Numbered from the stretch's first letter, positions 49,091 to 59,217 are shown. The stretch: DNA of 64,000 nt from an archaeon CG10_big_fil_rev_8_21_14_0_10_43_11 (GCA_002763265.1 PEZQ01000003.1:19761-83760); one strand, 5' to 3'. Translations and numbers: made by a program. The notes: generated from the sequence alone by a model not told the origin.

Positions 49091-50083
49091 ATGCACACGC
49101 AGTTACACATATTAGCGGGCTTGCAAGCTCAGTCAGGCTTGTTTTTGGCATCACACCACCACGTGAACACGGGGTATAATAAGGCCTGGATTCGAGATAC
49201 TGTTTATGCTACTCTTGCATTTGAACAATGTTCTCCTGAGCGCGTGCAAAAAGCCTATCACGCCTTGTTTGATGTGTTTTTAAAACATGAATACAAAATT
49301 GATTTTGCTATTCTTGACAAGCCGGAATACTCGTGGCAATACATTCATGCACGATACCATCCAGACACGTTTGACGAATTTCATGAGGAATGGGGCAACA
49401 AACAAAACGATGCAATTGGCGCCTTTCTCTTTAAAGTGGGCGAATTAGAGAAAAAAGGTCTCAAAATTATTCGCGCAAAACATGATGAGCGCATCTTACA
49501 AAAACTCGTATATTACTTGCAGAGCATAAAATACTGGCAGGACGCCGATAATGGCATGTGGGAAGAATATGAAGAAGTCCACGCATCCTCTATTGGCGCG
49601 TGTCTTGCAGGACTTGAAATGATAAAAGACCTAGTGCACGTTCCAGAACATTTACTCACTCAAGGAAGAAAAGCACTTGATATGCTTTTGCCAAGAGAGT
49701 CAGCAAGTAAGCAAACAGACCTTGCTCTCTTGAGCCTTATCTACCCGTACACTATTGTTTCAGAAAAACAAGCGCAAGCAATTCTTGACAATGTTGAGAA
49801 CCACTTAGTACGGGACAATGGCGTTATCCGCTATGTTGGCGACCAATACTATAATACGGGTTCTGAAGCAGAGTGGCATTTTGGCTTGTCATGGCTTGCG
49901 CTTATTTACGCACAGCGCGGTAACACGCAAAAAGCACAGCACTATTTTGCGCGCGCAAAACAAACACTCAAAGAAGACAGCGCGCCCGAACTCTACCTTT
50001 CAAACGGGCAGCCAAATGAGAACACTCCGCTTGCATGGAGCCAAAGCATGTTTCTTACCGCCTTTGACTATAGCGCGGGTTGA
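49091..50083 (+). CDS. Glycoside hydrolase family 15 (glucoamylase-like)
   Basis: Y..AWIRD, QNDA.G, GMWEE, RY.GD.Y, PLAWS. Confidence 0.88.
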   Translation: MHTQLHILAGLQAQSGLFLASHHHVNTGYNKAWIRDTVYATLAFEQCSPERVQKAYHALFDVFLKHEYKIDFAILDKPEYSWQYIHARYHPDTFDEFHEEWGNKQNDAIGAFLFKVGELEKKGLKIIRAKHDERILQKLVYYLQSIKYWQDADNGMWEEYEEVHASSIGACLAGLEMIKDLVHVPEHLLTQGRKALDMLLPRESASKQTDLALLSLIYPYTIVSEKQAQAILDNVENHLVRDNGVIRYVGDQYYNTGSEAEWHFGLSWLALIYAQRGNTQKAQHYFARAKQTLKEDSAPELYLSNGQPNENTPLAWSQSMFLTAFDYSAG

Positions 50084-50175
50084 TGCTTTCTTTTATTCTT
50101 CAAGAAATGAAGTGGTCATACTACATATTTTTGTGCAAAAACATTTTTTAACACAATTTAGATTCTAAAAAATTG

Positions 50176-50928
50176 ATGATTGCACTTGCTCACGCGTTGT
50201 TTGGTGCTGTGTTCGCATTACTGTTTCGTCTCAACCCGTTTATTGTTATTTTGTTTTCGCTCGTGCCAGACGCAGAATTTATCCTGCCAACGTTTCATCG
50301 CGGACCATTACATACCTTGCTCTTTTTGGTTGTGGCAAGTCTTGGCGCGTACGCGTACGATAAGGATGCGGGAAAAGCCGTGTTTGCAGGCATTGCAAGC
50401 CATTTCATGCTTGACTCGCTTACGGTCATGGGCGTGCCGTTACTCTACCCGTTTGTGAACTCGTACTTTAGCCTGCACTTTTTTAACACAAACCAGCTGA
50501 GCATGCTTACTATCATAGTGTGCGTGGTTGTGCTTTTTCACAACAAAAAAGTGTCTCACGCCAAGGCGCCTAAATTATTCTTTGTTCTCCCCTTGCTTGT
50601 GCTTGTGCCTCTTCTTGGAAGCACGCAGCCTATTTTTGAACAATCATGTCCTGCAGAGCTCACGCCGATTAGCGAGGTAACCCTGTACGCAGGAGAACCG
50701 GTTCTTGTTGAAGGAGTGATTTGCTCTGAAATTAAAGACTACACCTCAAATTCGGGGAATGCGTATCAGGATTTTCAACTCTGCAATCAAAGCGAGGTGC
50801 GCGTGTTCAAACAAAAAAACGTACACCAAAACGTGCTTGCACGCGGGGATGCCGTGCGTGTGTGCGGCTATTACACAACTGACTATGGTGGTGAATTGTA
50901 CCACATAAAATTTGTCAAAAAAAATTAG
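50176..50928 (+). CDS. YdjM-like metal-dependent membrane hydrolase with C-terminal OB-fold-like domain
   Basis: AH, LVPD, HRG.LH, SHF.LD and GVPLLYP, then V.VEG.I...GDAVRV.G. Confidence 0.8.
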   Translation: MIALAHALFGAVFALLFRLNPFIVILFSLVPDAEFILPTFHRGPLHTLLFLVVASLGAYAYDKDAGKAVFAGIASHFMLDSLTVMGVPLLYPFVNSYFSLHFFNTNQLSMLTIIVCVVVLFHNKKVSHAKAPKLFFVLPLLVLVPLLGSTQPIFEQSCPAELTPISEVTLYAGEPVLVEGVICSEIKDYTSNSGNAYQDFQLCNQSEVRVFKQKNVHQNVLARGDAVRVCGYYTTDYGGELYHIKFVKKN

Positions 50929-52970
50929 ATACTGCTCAAAGCGTTTTTAAGTCGCTTGACTTTTTCTTCTTGCGCTTCCTTTTCTTTTTCTAAGCTTTCA
51001 GCTTCATCCTTGTAAATGCGCGCTTTTGTCTCTTCTTTTTTGAGCATAGCATGTATTTCTTTAAGCTCTTTTTTCGTGTTCTCAAGCTCGTCTTTGAGTG
51101 CTGAACGTCGCGCGTTTTCTTCATCAAATGATTTTTTTAGCAACCCATAATCTGTGTGTGCTTTTTCAAGATGCGTTTTTGTCTCATCAAGAAGCGCGTT
51201 AAGTGATGCGTGCGCTTTTTTGCTTGCATTATCTTCTTTTTCTAAACGCGCCTTTGCGGTTTCAAGAGAAATAACCTCTTTGTCAAGCTGTAATTGCTCA
51301 TCGCTAAGCTTTTTGATTTGTTTCTCGTTTTTCACCCGCTCTTTTGCGTATGCTGCAACATTCCTGTTAAGCTCAGTTTTTATTTTTCTAAGACGTTCTA
51401 TATCTTTTCGTGCAAAACCTAACTTCTTTGTCTGATTTGCATTTTCTTTTATAAGCGCAACGCGTTTTGCTGTCTGCTCTTTTTCACGGTCTTTTACGCG
51501 CGCCCTAAACGCGTCAAACTCATCTTTGAGCGCGTTAAGTGCAGTGGTTGTTTGCTTGATTGTTTCTTCTGCTGTTGCTATCTCTTCAACACGCGTTGCA
51601 TATTGTTTTTGTAAGGTTTCATACACTGCTTGCATGTTTGCAAGCTTGGTTGCATGCTCTTCTTTTGTGGCTTTGGCATTTTTGATTTGCTCGTCAAGCT
51701 TTGCTTCAAGCGCCTGCATGTTTGTGCTATGCGCGCGGTGTTGTTTTTCAATAGTGCGTGAAAAAGTTTCGCGCTCTTTTTCTCGCAGTGCACTAAGCGT
51801 ATCAAGGTTCTTTTGAAGCGCGCTTACGGTTTTTTCATGCGCATTCTTTTTTGCGTCAAACTCTTTTTTGCTTGCCGCAAGTTCTCCTGCGAGTTCTTTT
51901 TTCTTTTCTCGCGCGCGCTGCGCCTTTTCCTTCCATGACGCGAGCTGTGAGGTAAGCTGCTTTGTTTGTGATTCTAATGTTTGAGTGAGCGTATCAACTT
52001 GTTCGTGATATGAATCGAGCTCTTGCTTTTGATCTTTGATGAGTTCACGTGCTTCTTTGAGTCCTGCTTCAGCAACACTCTTTTTTTCAATAATTGTAGC
52101 TTTACTCTCTTTAAGTGCTTCAACACGATGCATAAGCGTAGTTACATTCTTTTCAAGTGCTTCACCCTTTTGGGTTTGCGCTTCAAGATTTTCGGTGAGC
52201 TGCGCAATAAGCTCTTCTTTTTTGGTTTTTACTGCATCTAATTGTTTGAGCCGCTCATGCAATGTTTCAATCCGCTCTTTTTCGCGCTCCAGATTCGCTG
52301 CGTTAATCTTGAGTTTTTGTTGTGCATCTTCTTCTTGTTTTGAAACTGTTTTGAGCTTGTCTTGTAGTGTTTGAATGCTGTTTCTTTTTTCTTCACGCAA
52401 TTCAGAAACGCGCATTTCGAGTTTTGCGCGCAAAGCACTAAACTCGTTTTTGATTTTGTGCTCTTCTGATTCAAAGCTTTCTTTTTGCTTTGCTAACTTT
52501 CCTTCAAGCATGCTAATAGCGGCGTTCAATTCTTTTTCCATATGAGCGTGCTCTTTTGCAAGCAACTCGTAACGCTTGATGAGTTCATCTTCTTGCATGC
52601 GCGCAATCTCTGCGTTTAGTTCATGTTCGCGAAGCATAAAATCTTCTTTAGCGTCATGCATCATACGTTTGCTAAGCACTTCTTTTCGCGCGTAAAAGGC
52701 TTCTAACTGGGCAACGTATTGGGTAAGTGATTCTTTGTTTTTTGGTTTAATAATAAAATAATACCAGTCATGACCACATTCAGGACAATGCATCACAACT
52801 TTGAGCGATTCTTTTGTTTCAGGAAGTGCTTTTACGCTACCTACAACTTCTTTATGTTCATACTCATCACACACCGGGCATTCATTGTCATCTCTAATGC
52901 GTTCTTTTAGTTCTTTTTTGAGCTTTGCTCGCTCACGTGTAATCATTCCTTCTAGAGAAGACATCCCCAT
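50925..52970 (-). CDS. Long coiled-coil protein with N-terminal zinc ribbon
   Basis: CPVC...CPEC followed by about 600 aa of E/K-rich heptads. No Walker motif. Confidence 0.85.
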   Translation of the reverse strand: MGMSSLEGMITRERAKLKKELKERIRDDNECPVCDEYEHKEVVGSVKALPETKESLKVVMHCPECGHDWYYFIIKPKNKESLTQYVAQLEAFYARKEVLSKRMMHDAKEDFMLREHELNAEIARMQEDELIKRYELLAKEHAHMEKELNAAISMLEGKLAKQKESFESEEHKIKNEFSALRAKLEMRVSELREEKRNSIQTLQDKLKTVSKQEEDAQQKLKINAANLEREKERIETLHERLKQLDAVKTKKEELIAQLTENLEAQTQKGEALEKNVTTLMHRVEALKESKATIIEKKSVAEAGLKEARELIKDQKQELDSYHEQVDTLTQTLESQTKQLTSQLASWKEKAQRAREKKKELAGELAASKKEFDAKKNAHEKTVSALQKNLDTLSALREKERETFSRTIEKQHRAHSTNMQALEAKLDEQIKNAKATKEEHATKLANMQAVYETLQKQYATRVEEIATAEETIKQTTTALNALKDEFDAFRARVKDREKEQTAKRVALIKENANQTKKLGFARKDIERLRKIKTELNRNVAAYAKERVKNEKQIKKLSDEQLQLDKEVISLETAKARLEKEDNASKKAHASLNALLDETKTHLEKAHTDYGLLKKSFDEENARRSALKDELENTKKELKEIHAMLKKEETKARIYKDEAESLEKEKEAQEEKVKRLKNALSSI

Positions 52971-53068
52971 AGATATATTGTAATGGAAGTTATAATTTTT
53001 AAACAATATGTTTTAGTAGCTACTTTTCCTGCAAGACTTATAAACATGCACGCGTTTTCTTTGTGATT

Positions 53069-53260
53069 ATGGTCAATGATGAGTTTGTTCCCTTACGAAA
53101 AGCAGCCCTTGACAATGCGGTGACCCTTGCTGCAAGTTTTGCACGCCAGGGCGAGTATGATGCGCTTATGGATTCAACACGCCTTGCCACGTTTGGAGAA
53201 GCAATGGTGCTTCCTCTTGCTGATGTGTTTTATGCGTGGCTTGTTAAAGAACATGTGTAA
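53069..53260 (+). CDS. Small hypothetical protein
   Basis: 63 aa with TTATAAA about 30 nt upstream. Confidence 0.55.
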   Translation: MVNDEFVPLRKAALDNAVTLAASFARQGEYDALMDSTRLATFGEAMVLPLADVFYAWLVKEHV

Positions 53261-53309
53261 CGCGTTGAATAAAATTTAATAAGGGCAACTGGAACGAGTA
53301 GATACTACT

Positions 53310-53954
53310 ATGTTTTGTCACGATCCAGTTCCGTTTATTTATTATCAACGCCTATCTACTGCAGAACAATACAAAAATCACGAACTGCTTGGCTCTGACC
53401 AACTGTTTACCTTGTTTGGCGGTGTGCGCTATAACCCCTCTCTTGATTTTACTGATGAAATACATGAGAGTCTTGGTGGGGTATTGCGCGAGATTGCAAA
53501 CATGTTTGAACAAGCATACGACATCAGTACTCTGGTGAGCACACGCCATAGTGTGGATGTTGAGCTTAGTTCGCTTAATAAACTGCTTGACAAAAAATCT
53601 CAGGATTACTCAATGTGGGCGGGCGTGCATGAGCGCCACATCCGTCAAACACTCTTTAAAAAGCTTTATGAGATTAATATACATCAAGCATTGCTTGCAA
53701 AAGATAAAAAAACAGACCCTATTTCTAATTTTGTTGCTAAAACACCAAGAACACGCCACGTATATTATCAACAGCTTCTTGCAGAATCCTTTAACGCCCG
53801 AGGCGTTCGCAGTCTTATTGACACGCTCCAACGCGTGCTCTTGTCATTTTCAAGCGGAGAAGCGACTGTTTCAACCGTGCTGTTAACCGAAGAACATCCA
53901 GAAAAAATCTTCTCACATGCGCACGTAAAAATGTATTCCGGGGAGTATTGTTAA
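53310..53954 (+). CDS. Hypothetical protein
   Basis: 214-aa ORF with upstream TATA-like element. Confidence 0.7.
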   Translation: MFCHDPVPFIYYQRLSTAEQYKNHELLGSDQLFTLFGGVRYNPSLDFTDEIHESLGGVLREIANMFEQAYDISTLVSTRHSVDVELSSLNKLLDKKSQDYSMWAGVHERHIRQTLFKKLYEINIHQALLAKDKKTDPISNFVAKTPRTRHVYYQQLLAESFNARGVRSLIDTLQRVLLSFSSGEATVSTVLLTEEHPEKIFSHAHVKMYSGEYC

Positions 53955-54006
53955 GTGCGTAACGCAAACGTTTTTTTAATCAATATGCGTATAGTCTAAA
54001 CATACT

Positions 54007-54714
54007 ATGAGAGAGTTCAAGCTGTCAAAGCTCACGTTTACTATTACTGAGCTTCGAGACATTGCAATAAGCGTGTTCGTGCTTGGGCTCTTATTCTCGT
54101 TTGGCGTGAACAAAGAAACGTGGAACGAGCTTATTCTCTACTATCTTGGGGCAACCTTCGTGCTTGGCGTCTCATTTGTGCTCCACGAGCTTGGCCATAA
54201 ATTTGTCGCTCAATCATATGGTGCGCACGCAAATTACACGCTTTGGTGGTCTGGACTTCTTATTTCCCTGCTCGTTGGTGTAGCAAGCGGCGGCCGGCTC
54301 ATATTTTTTGCACCAGGATTTGTTCTTATCTCATCTTCACTTGCATCGCGCTTTGGTTTTGGTCAAACCTTTCTTCGCGAAGAAGAAGTTGGAAAAATAT
54401 CTGTTGCAGGACCCCTTACTAACATCATCCTGCTTTTCTTGTTCAAACTGTTTTCACCCGTCCTTCCCTTTGAACTATGGACGCAAATGGTTATTCTTAA
54501 TGCGTGGCTCGCGCTCTTCAACCTCATACCCGTGCCTCCGCTTGACGGTTCGAAAGTATTTGTGTGGCGACGTGACATCTGGTTTGCGCTTGCAACAATC
54601 AGCCTTGTCTCGCTCTTTTTTGCCATACCGGTCTCGCTTGTGGTATTCATCTCATTTACTATTGCGATACTTGTTGCAGGAGCCATCTTCTTGTCGCATT
54701 ATGGCATATTATAA
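54007..54714 (+). CDS. M50 site-2 metalloprotease (second paralog)
   Basis: HELGH, AGPLTN, FNLIPVPPLDG. Confidence 0.92.
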   Translation: MREFKLSKLTFTITELRDIAISVFVLGLLFSFGVNKETWNELILYYLGATFVLGVSFVLHELGHKFVAQSYGAHANYTLWWSGLLISLLVGVASGGRLIFFAPGFVLISSSLASRFGFGQTFLREEEVGKISVAGPLTNIILLFLFKLFSPVLPFELWTQMVILNAWLALFNLIPVPPLDGSKVFVWRRDIWFALATISLVSLFFAIPVSLVVFISFTIAILVAGAIFLSHYGIL

Positions 54715-54781
54715 ACAACAAATTTTAAATAAGCCCAGATGGTGATTAACCTTTAGTTTTTCAAGAGGGGGATTATATACA

Positions 54782-55042
54782 ATGGAAAAAAAGAGACAAA
54801 CATCACGAGACTTGCAGGGGAAAATGATTGTAACAAAGTCAGGCAAGACACTTGGTCGCGTTGGCGATATGATTTTTGAAGTCAGAACAGGAGAACTTCT
54901 TAGCATGGTTATTAATGGACCAACAAGTTATGCATCATCAATTGACTTAGAAATCGATGAAAATGGCCGCCAAATGGTGCCTATCTCAAGCATCATTGCC
55001 GTAGAAGACTTTGTGGTCATCAACGAAGAAGACATCATCTAA
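54782..55042 (+). CDS. PRC-barrel domain protein (CdpB-like)
   Basis: L.GK.IVT..G..LG.V.D...EV.TG and VP...I.AV.DFVV. Confidence 0.88.
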   Translation: MEKKRQTSRDLQGKMIVTKSGKTLGRVGDMIFEVRTGELLSMVINGPTSYASSIDLEIDENGRQMVPISSIIAVEDFVVINEEDII

Positions 55043-55104
55043 TTTTTCTTTACCCAAACATACGCGTTATCACAACGCGAACCATTTTTTATGCAACAAC
55101 AAGC

Positions 55105-55416
55105 TTATACTTTGCTTAGCCTGCGAGAAATGTATGCAGCATACATGCCAACGCCTGCACCAAAGATTAAACCAAGAAACGCACCCACATGCCAAATATC
55201 AAGCGCGTAGGAAAACGGGATAAGATGATTGATGCCCATTGCCGCAGAGCTTACTGCCATGCTCACAAGAAACACCGCAAGACCTATTGCAATGTTTCGA
55301 ACTGAACTTGGTGAAAAATTGCGCAACGCCAATAGTACAAGCGGGATGCTTACAGAACTTCCAAGAATCGTAAGCATTGAACTCACCTGAATTGCAAATG
55401 TGTTAATATCGACCAT
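55105..55416 (-). CDS. Small membrane protein
   Basis: About 3 TMs in 103 aa. Confidence 0.7.
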   Translation of the reverse strand: MVDINTFAIQVSSMLTILGSSVSIPLVLLALRNFSPSSVRNIAIGLAVFLVSMAVSSAAMGINHLIPFSYALDIWHVGAFLGLIFGAGVGMYAAYISRRLSKV

Positions 55417-55425
55417 GGTACTATT

Positions 55426-55752
55426 TCACTCCTTAAATCCTATCTCTTCTGAGAGGCGTTTTAGTTCTCGGGCGGGAAAAATGAACAAAATCATACCTGC
55501 CATAAGAAACAAATGACTAATTGTAAATGTCAATGCTTGCGACATCATTGCCCTGCCAATCACAAAGGATGTGTGCAACACAACACCAATGCCAATAAGC
55601 ACGACACTAAGCATGAGCGGGGCAAACACGTTTTGCAACTCTTTAACGCTAATCTGCCATGCATAAAGCAAACTTGCAACCATAATACCTCCTGCAAGCG
55701 CATAAAGGCCAACCCACAAATTATTAATTGCAATTATTGCAGCATAGGCCAT
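55426..55752 (-). CDS. Small membrane protein
   Basis: About 3 TMs. GGAGG upstream of ATG 55752. Confidence 0.7.
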   Translation of the reverse strand: MAYAAIIAINNLWVGLYALAGGIMVASLLYAWQISVKELQNVFAPLMLSVVLIGIGVVLHTSFVIGRAMMSQALTFTISHLFLMAGMILFIFPARELKRLSEEIGFKE

Positions 55753-55887
55753 GATATGTTTTCCTCCCACTAGACACGGGTCAAAACAATAATATAAACC
55801 ATGTGGTTTTTATCTAAAACCTATTCAAAACTAATGTGAAACGTATAACTTAGATACATTCTCCCCTCTTGTGTCCGTATCAACGGG

Positions 55888-56052
55888 TTAGTCCTCTTCA
55901 AGCTCTTCTAGACGTGAAGCATCGGCAAACTCAGCGCAGTTATCACAGAGCAGACGGATGCTGTTACCATACCCGTCAGCAAAGAGAATGCCGCACGCGC
56001 CGCACTCAAAGAGTTCATCCGTTTCAATGCCGGAAATTCCACAAACTGCCAT
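55888..56052 (-). CDS. Small zinc-finger-like protein (54 aa)
   Basis: Own translation: MAVCGISGIETDELFECGACG...LLCDNCAEF...EELEED. Below the ORF-track cutoff. Confidence 0.75.
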   Translation of the reverse strand: MAVCGISGIETDELFECGACGILFADGYGNSIRLLCDNCAEFADASRLEELEED

Positions 56053-56108
56053 TAGTCTGATTTGAGGGAAACATTTAATATTTAAACTTTACTAGTTTGA
56101 AACCACAC

Positions 56109-57434
56109 ATGTTAGGAGATTTGTCATCAAGCCTTAAAGACACACTTAAAAAAATAGCTACGCTTGACTTTCTTTCTGACAAAGAATTAAACGAGATTAT
56201 TCGCGAACTACAGCGCGCCCTTTTGCGCGCAGATGTTTCATTTGAGGTAGTTACTCAACTGTCTCAAACCATCCGCACAAAACTCAGCAAAGATGCCACA
56301 TCACTTACTAAAAAACAACGCCTTATCACGCTTATTTACGACGAGATTGTCTCATTTATGGGACAAGGCGAGCAGGAGGTCAATGTTACAAAAAAGCCCT
56401 ATAAAATAATGCTCATTGGACTATTTGGCTCAGGAAAAACAACAACAGCAGGCAAACTCTCTAAAATCTTCAAATCAAAAGGGTACCGCGTTGCTGCAGT
56501 ATCACTTGACAACTACCGCCCAGCAGCATACGAACAACTCGCACAACTCTCAAAACAGATAAACGTTGACTGTTATGGCACAAAAAACGCAAAAAAACAA
56601 CTCGCGCCCTGGAAAGATAATGAAAAAGCAATTCTCAACCATGACGTGGTAATTATAGACACTGCAGGACGAGACTCGCTGCATAAAGACTTTCTTGTTG
56701 AACTTGAGGAACTCTCTAAAAAAATCAAACCCGACCAAGTCTTTCTCACTATTCCTGCAGAACTCGGACAAGCAGCAAGCGAGCTTACAAAAAACTTCAT
56801 GAACGCAATACCCATTACTGGAATTATTATTACCAAGCTTGACACAAGCGCAAAAGGCGGTGGCGCGCTCACGTCCTCGTACCTTACCAAAACGCCGGTT
56901 GTCTACATTACTGTTGGCGAAAGTGTTACTGATATTGAAGCGTTCAAACCAAAACGGTTTGTCTCACGCCTTCTTGGCATGGGCGACATTGAAACCCTGC
57001 TTGAAAAAGTCCAAGAAGAACTGGGCACTGATGATGCTAAAGACTTAAGCAAGAAAATACTGAGCGGAAAATCAAACTTCCTTGACTTTTATGAACAAAT
57101 CCAGTCTATTAATAAAATGGGCGGATTTTCAAAAATCATGAGCATGATGCCCTCACTTCCCGGTCTTAGTATGGACAATGCCATGTTTAGCGCGTCAAAA
57201 GACAAACTTTCAGAGTTTCGCATTATCCTCCAATCCATGACGCGCGAAGAACTTGAAAACCCCCGCCTAATTAACTCCTCACGCATCAAGCGCATAGCGC
57301 GCGGCTGCGGGCGCGATGAAAAAGATGTGCGCGAACTCATCAAAAACCATGCGCGCATGAATAAATTTAGCAAAAAACTCAATACCCGACAACTCCAACG
57401 CATGATGAAACAATTTGGCGGCGGTGCGCTATGA
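56109..57434 (+). CDS. srp54: Signal recognition particle protein SRP54
   Basis: GLFGSGKTT, DTAGR, TKLD..AKGGGAL, and M-domain SMT.EE...SR..RIARG.G. Confidence 0.97.
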   Translation: MLGDLSSSLKDTLKKIATLDFLSDKELNEIIRELQRALLRADVSFEVVTQLSQTIRTKLSKDATSLTKKQRLITLIYDEIVSFMGQGEQEVNVTKKPYKIMLIGLFGSGKTTTAGKLSKIFKSKGYRVAAVSLDNYRPAAYEQLAQLSKQINVDCYGTKNAKKQLAPWKDNEKAILNHDVVIIDTAGRDSLHKDFLVELEELSKKIKPDQVFLTIPAELGQAASELTKNFMNAIPITGIIITKLDTSAKGGGALTSSYLTKTPVVYITVGESVTDIEAFKPKRFVSRLLGMGDIETLLEKVQEELGTDDAKDLSKKILSGKSNFLDFYEQIQSINKMGGFSKIMSMMPSLPGLSMDNAMFSASKDKLSEFRIILQSMTREELENPRLINSSRIKRIARGCGRDEKDVRELIKNHARMNKFSKKLNTRQLQRMMKQFGGGAL

Positions 57435-57583
57435 AATGTGACTTATGCAAAAAAACCATTCAAACAACCGTTCTTGAAAAACTAAACGGAACATATCTTG
57501 GGCGTGCAAAGAAGCGAAAAGCAGTTTGCAATGATTGCCAACGCCAAGGACACGAACAACTCGTAAAAAAGCTCAAAATATAA
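57431..57583 (+). CDS. Small zinc-finger-like protein (50 aa)
   Basis: Own translation: MKCDLCKK...GTY...VCNDCQ. ATGA overlap with the srp54 stop. Confidence 0.8.
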   Translation: MKCDLCKKTIQTTVLEKLNGTYLGRAKKRKAVCNDCQRQGHEQLVKKLKI

Positions 57584-57641
57584 TCAAATGCGCAAAAGGA
57601 AAAAGCTTTAAAAGCACATGCCTGTTAAGAGTGAGGTAATC

Positions 57642-57929
57642 ATGAAGCCGTCAAAAGGTCTTAAGCGCAGAACGCGCTCAGCATTTCGTCTTAGACGCAG
57701 AGATAGAGGTAAGCTTAAGATTTCAGATTTGTTCAAACAGTTTAAAGAACAAGACACGGTTTTAATCGTTCCAAACCCCAGCTATCAACGCTCAATGCCT
57801 CACAGACGTATTCACGGCAAAAAAGGCATTATCTCAGGAAAACGCGGAAGAGCCTATCTTGTCCGCGTTTTTGAGGGAAATAAGGAAAAAAAGTTTATAA
57901 TTGCATCAGCTCACTTGCGAGGTAACTAA
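57642..57929 (+). CDS. rpl21e: 50S ribosomal protein L21e
   Basis: SKG..RRTR, PHRR.HGK.G, AHL. GAGGT upstream. Confidence 0.95.
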   Translation: MKPSKGLKRRTRSAFRLRRRDRGKLKISDLFKQFKEQDTVLIVPNPSYQRSMPHRRIHGKKGIISGKRGRAYLVRVFEGNKEKKFIIASAHLRGN

Positions 57930-57933
57930 AACA

Positions 57934-58272
57934 ATGGGAAGCATCACAATCATACAAAAAGAACCACTCACTATTGCTGAAGTGCAAAACGCGCTTAGCA
58001 AACGTGCTGATGCTGAACGCAACTACGAGCAGAAACTCGTATGGGAGCACGTAAGCAAGTTTAAGAAATTAGGAGTCAGAGAAGCGCGAAAACTCGTTGA
58101 AGAACTCCAAAAACTCGAACTGCGACGCCTCAAAGACGAACATATCATTCAAATCGTTGACGTGCTGCCAAAAAACCTCAAAGAACTCAAAAGCATATTC
58201 GCAACCGCGAAATTCAACCTGCACGAAGATGAGTACAAACAAATCATAGACGTTGTGAAGAATTATGTGTGA
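57934..58272 (+). CDS. rpo4: RNA polymerase subunit Rpo4 (F)
   Basis: YEQ...HVSKF and IVDVLP...EL. Canonical rpl21e-rpoF-DUF655 order. Confidence 0.9.
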   Translation: MGSITIIQKEPLTIAEVQNALSKRADAERNYEQKLVWEHVSKFKKLGVREARKLVEELQKLELRRLKDEHIIQIVDVLPKNLKELKSIFATAKFNLHEDEYKQIIDVVKNYV

Positions 58273-58286
58273 AGACGTGAAACAAC

Positions 58287-58826
58287 ATGAAACAAACCGA
58301 AACGCAAGCAATAGTATTGGATTTTCTTCCTCATGGACATCCCTTCGAGGAACGAAGAATACCAATAGCGCAAGTTGTCGGCTTACAGCATTTTACCATT
58401 CTTGAAGTTATTCCTAAAAAAGACGTGTTTCTCAAACCCGGTGATGATGTCTACATTGGGGAAGATAAGCGCGAAAAAATTCACCACGTAAAAGGGCGCG
58501 TAAAAATCAAAGACCTCACGAGAACTGCTCAAGCAGAACTCAAAAGCGTGATAGAAGAGGTAGTCACGCGCGACGAGAAAAAATACGTTGATTTTTTCAA
58601 CAAATCAGGACCAATTAGCACCAGACTCCACCAAGTAGAACTCTTGCCAGGCATTGGCAAAAAACACATGTGGAAAATCATTGAAGAGCGACGCTATGAA
58701 CCGTTTGAAAGCTTCAAAGACTTGCAAGAACGGGTAGATCTCTTACCTGACCCAAAACAAGCCATTGTCAAACGTATTCTCGAAGAGCTTGATGACCTTG
58801 ACAAATACAAACTTTTCACCGCATAA
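58287..58826 (+). CDS. DUF655 family protein
   Basis: VLDFLPHG and RLH..ELLPGIGKK HhH motif. Confidence 0.93.
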   Translation: MKQTETQAIVLDFLPHGHPFEERRIPIAQVVGLQHFTILEVIPKKDVFLKPGDDVYIGEDKREKIHHVKGRVKIKDLTRTAQAELKSVIEEVVTRDEKKYVDFFNKSGPISTRLHQVELLPGIGKKHMWKIIEERRYEPFESFKDLQERVDLLPDPKQAIVKRILEELDDLDKYKLFTA

Positions 58827-58898
58827 ACCTCACGCTTGAGTCAAGCAGGAAAAGCAAAAAAAATAAAAGAAACTGAATAAACAACTGCTTGCGCACGT

Positions 58899-59126
58899 TT
58901 ATTCAGGAGAGATTAAAACGATTGTGTCTCCGCGCAAGAACAATTTACCCATATTGCGAATAGGCTTATTGTCATCGCTTAATTCTTGCGCTTCTTCAAG
59001 AACCGTATTGATATGAATATCAAATGACTTGAGCAAGCCGGAGAATTTTTGTTTATTTTTAAGTTCAATCATGACACGCTTATCGCGTGCCGCGTTGAGT
59101 GCGTCTAAAGGTCTATCAGTTGTCAT
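58899..59126 (-). CDS. Sm-like archaeal protein (SmAP/Lsm)
   Basis: RPLDAL, G.L.SFD.H.N.VL, RGD. GGTGA upstream. Confidence 0.95.
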   Translation of the reverse strand: MTTDRPLDALNAARDKRVMIELKNKQKFSGLLKSFDIHINTVLEEAQELSDDNKPIRNMGKLFLRGDTIVLISPE

Positions 59127-59217
59127 TATTTTTTCACCATAAAACAAAGTGGTTTTGTACTAACCACGCAAAAAACACCAAACCAATATAAGCTTATCGG
59201 AATGAAGAAAAACGCGG

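Noticed and set aside
50925..52970. SMC/Rad50 call for the coiled-coil protein
   Set aside because: No Walker A/B, signature motif or hinge.
55869..56060. Plus-strand 63-aa ORF or SRP RNA upstream of srp54
   Set aside because: Better explained by the minus-strand 54-aa Cys-rich ORF. Too short for archaeal SRP RNA and no helix-8 motif seen.
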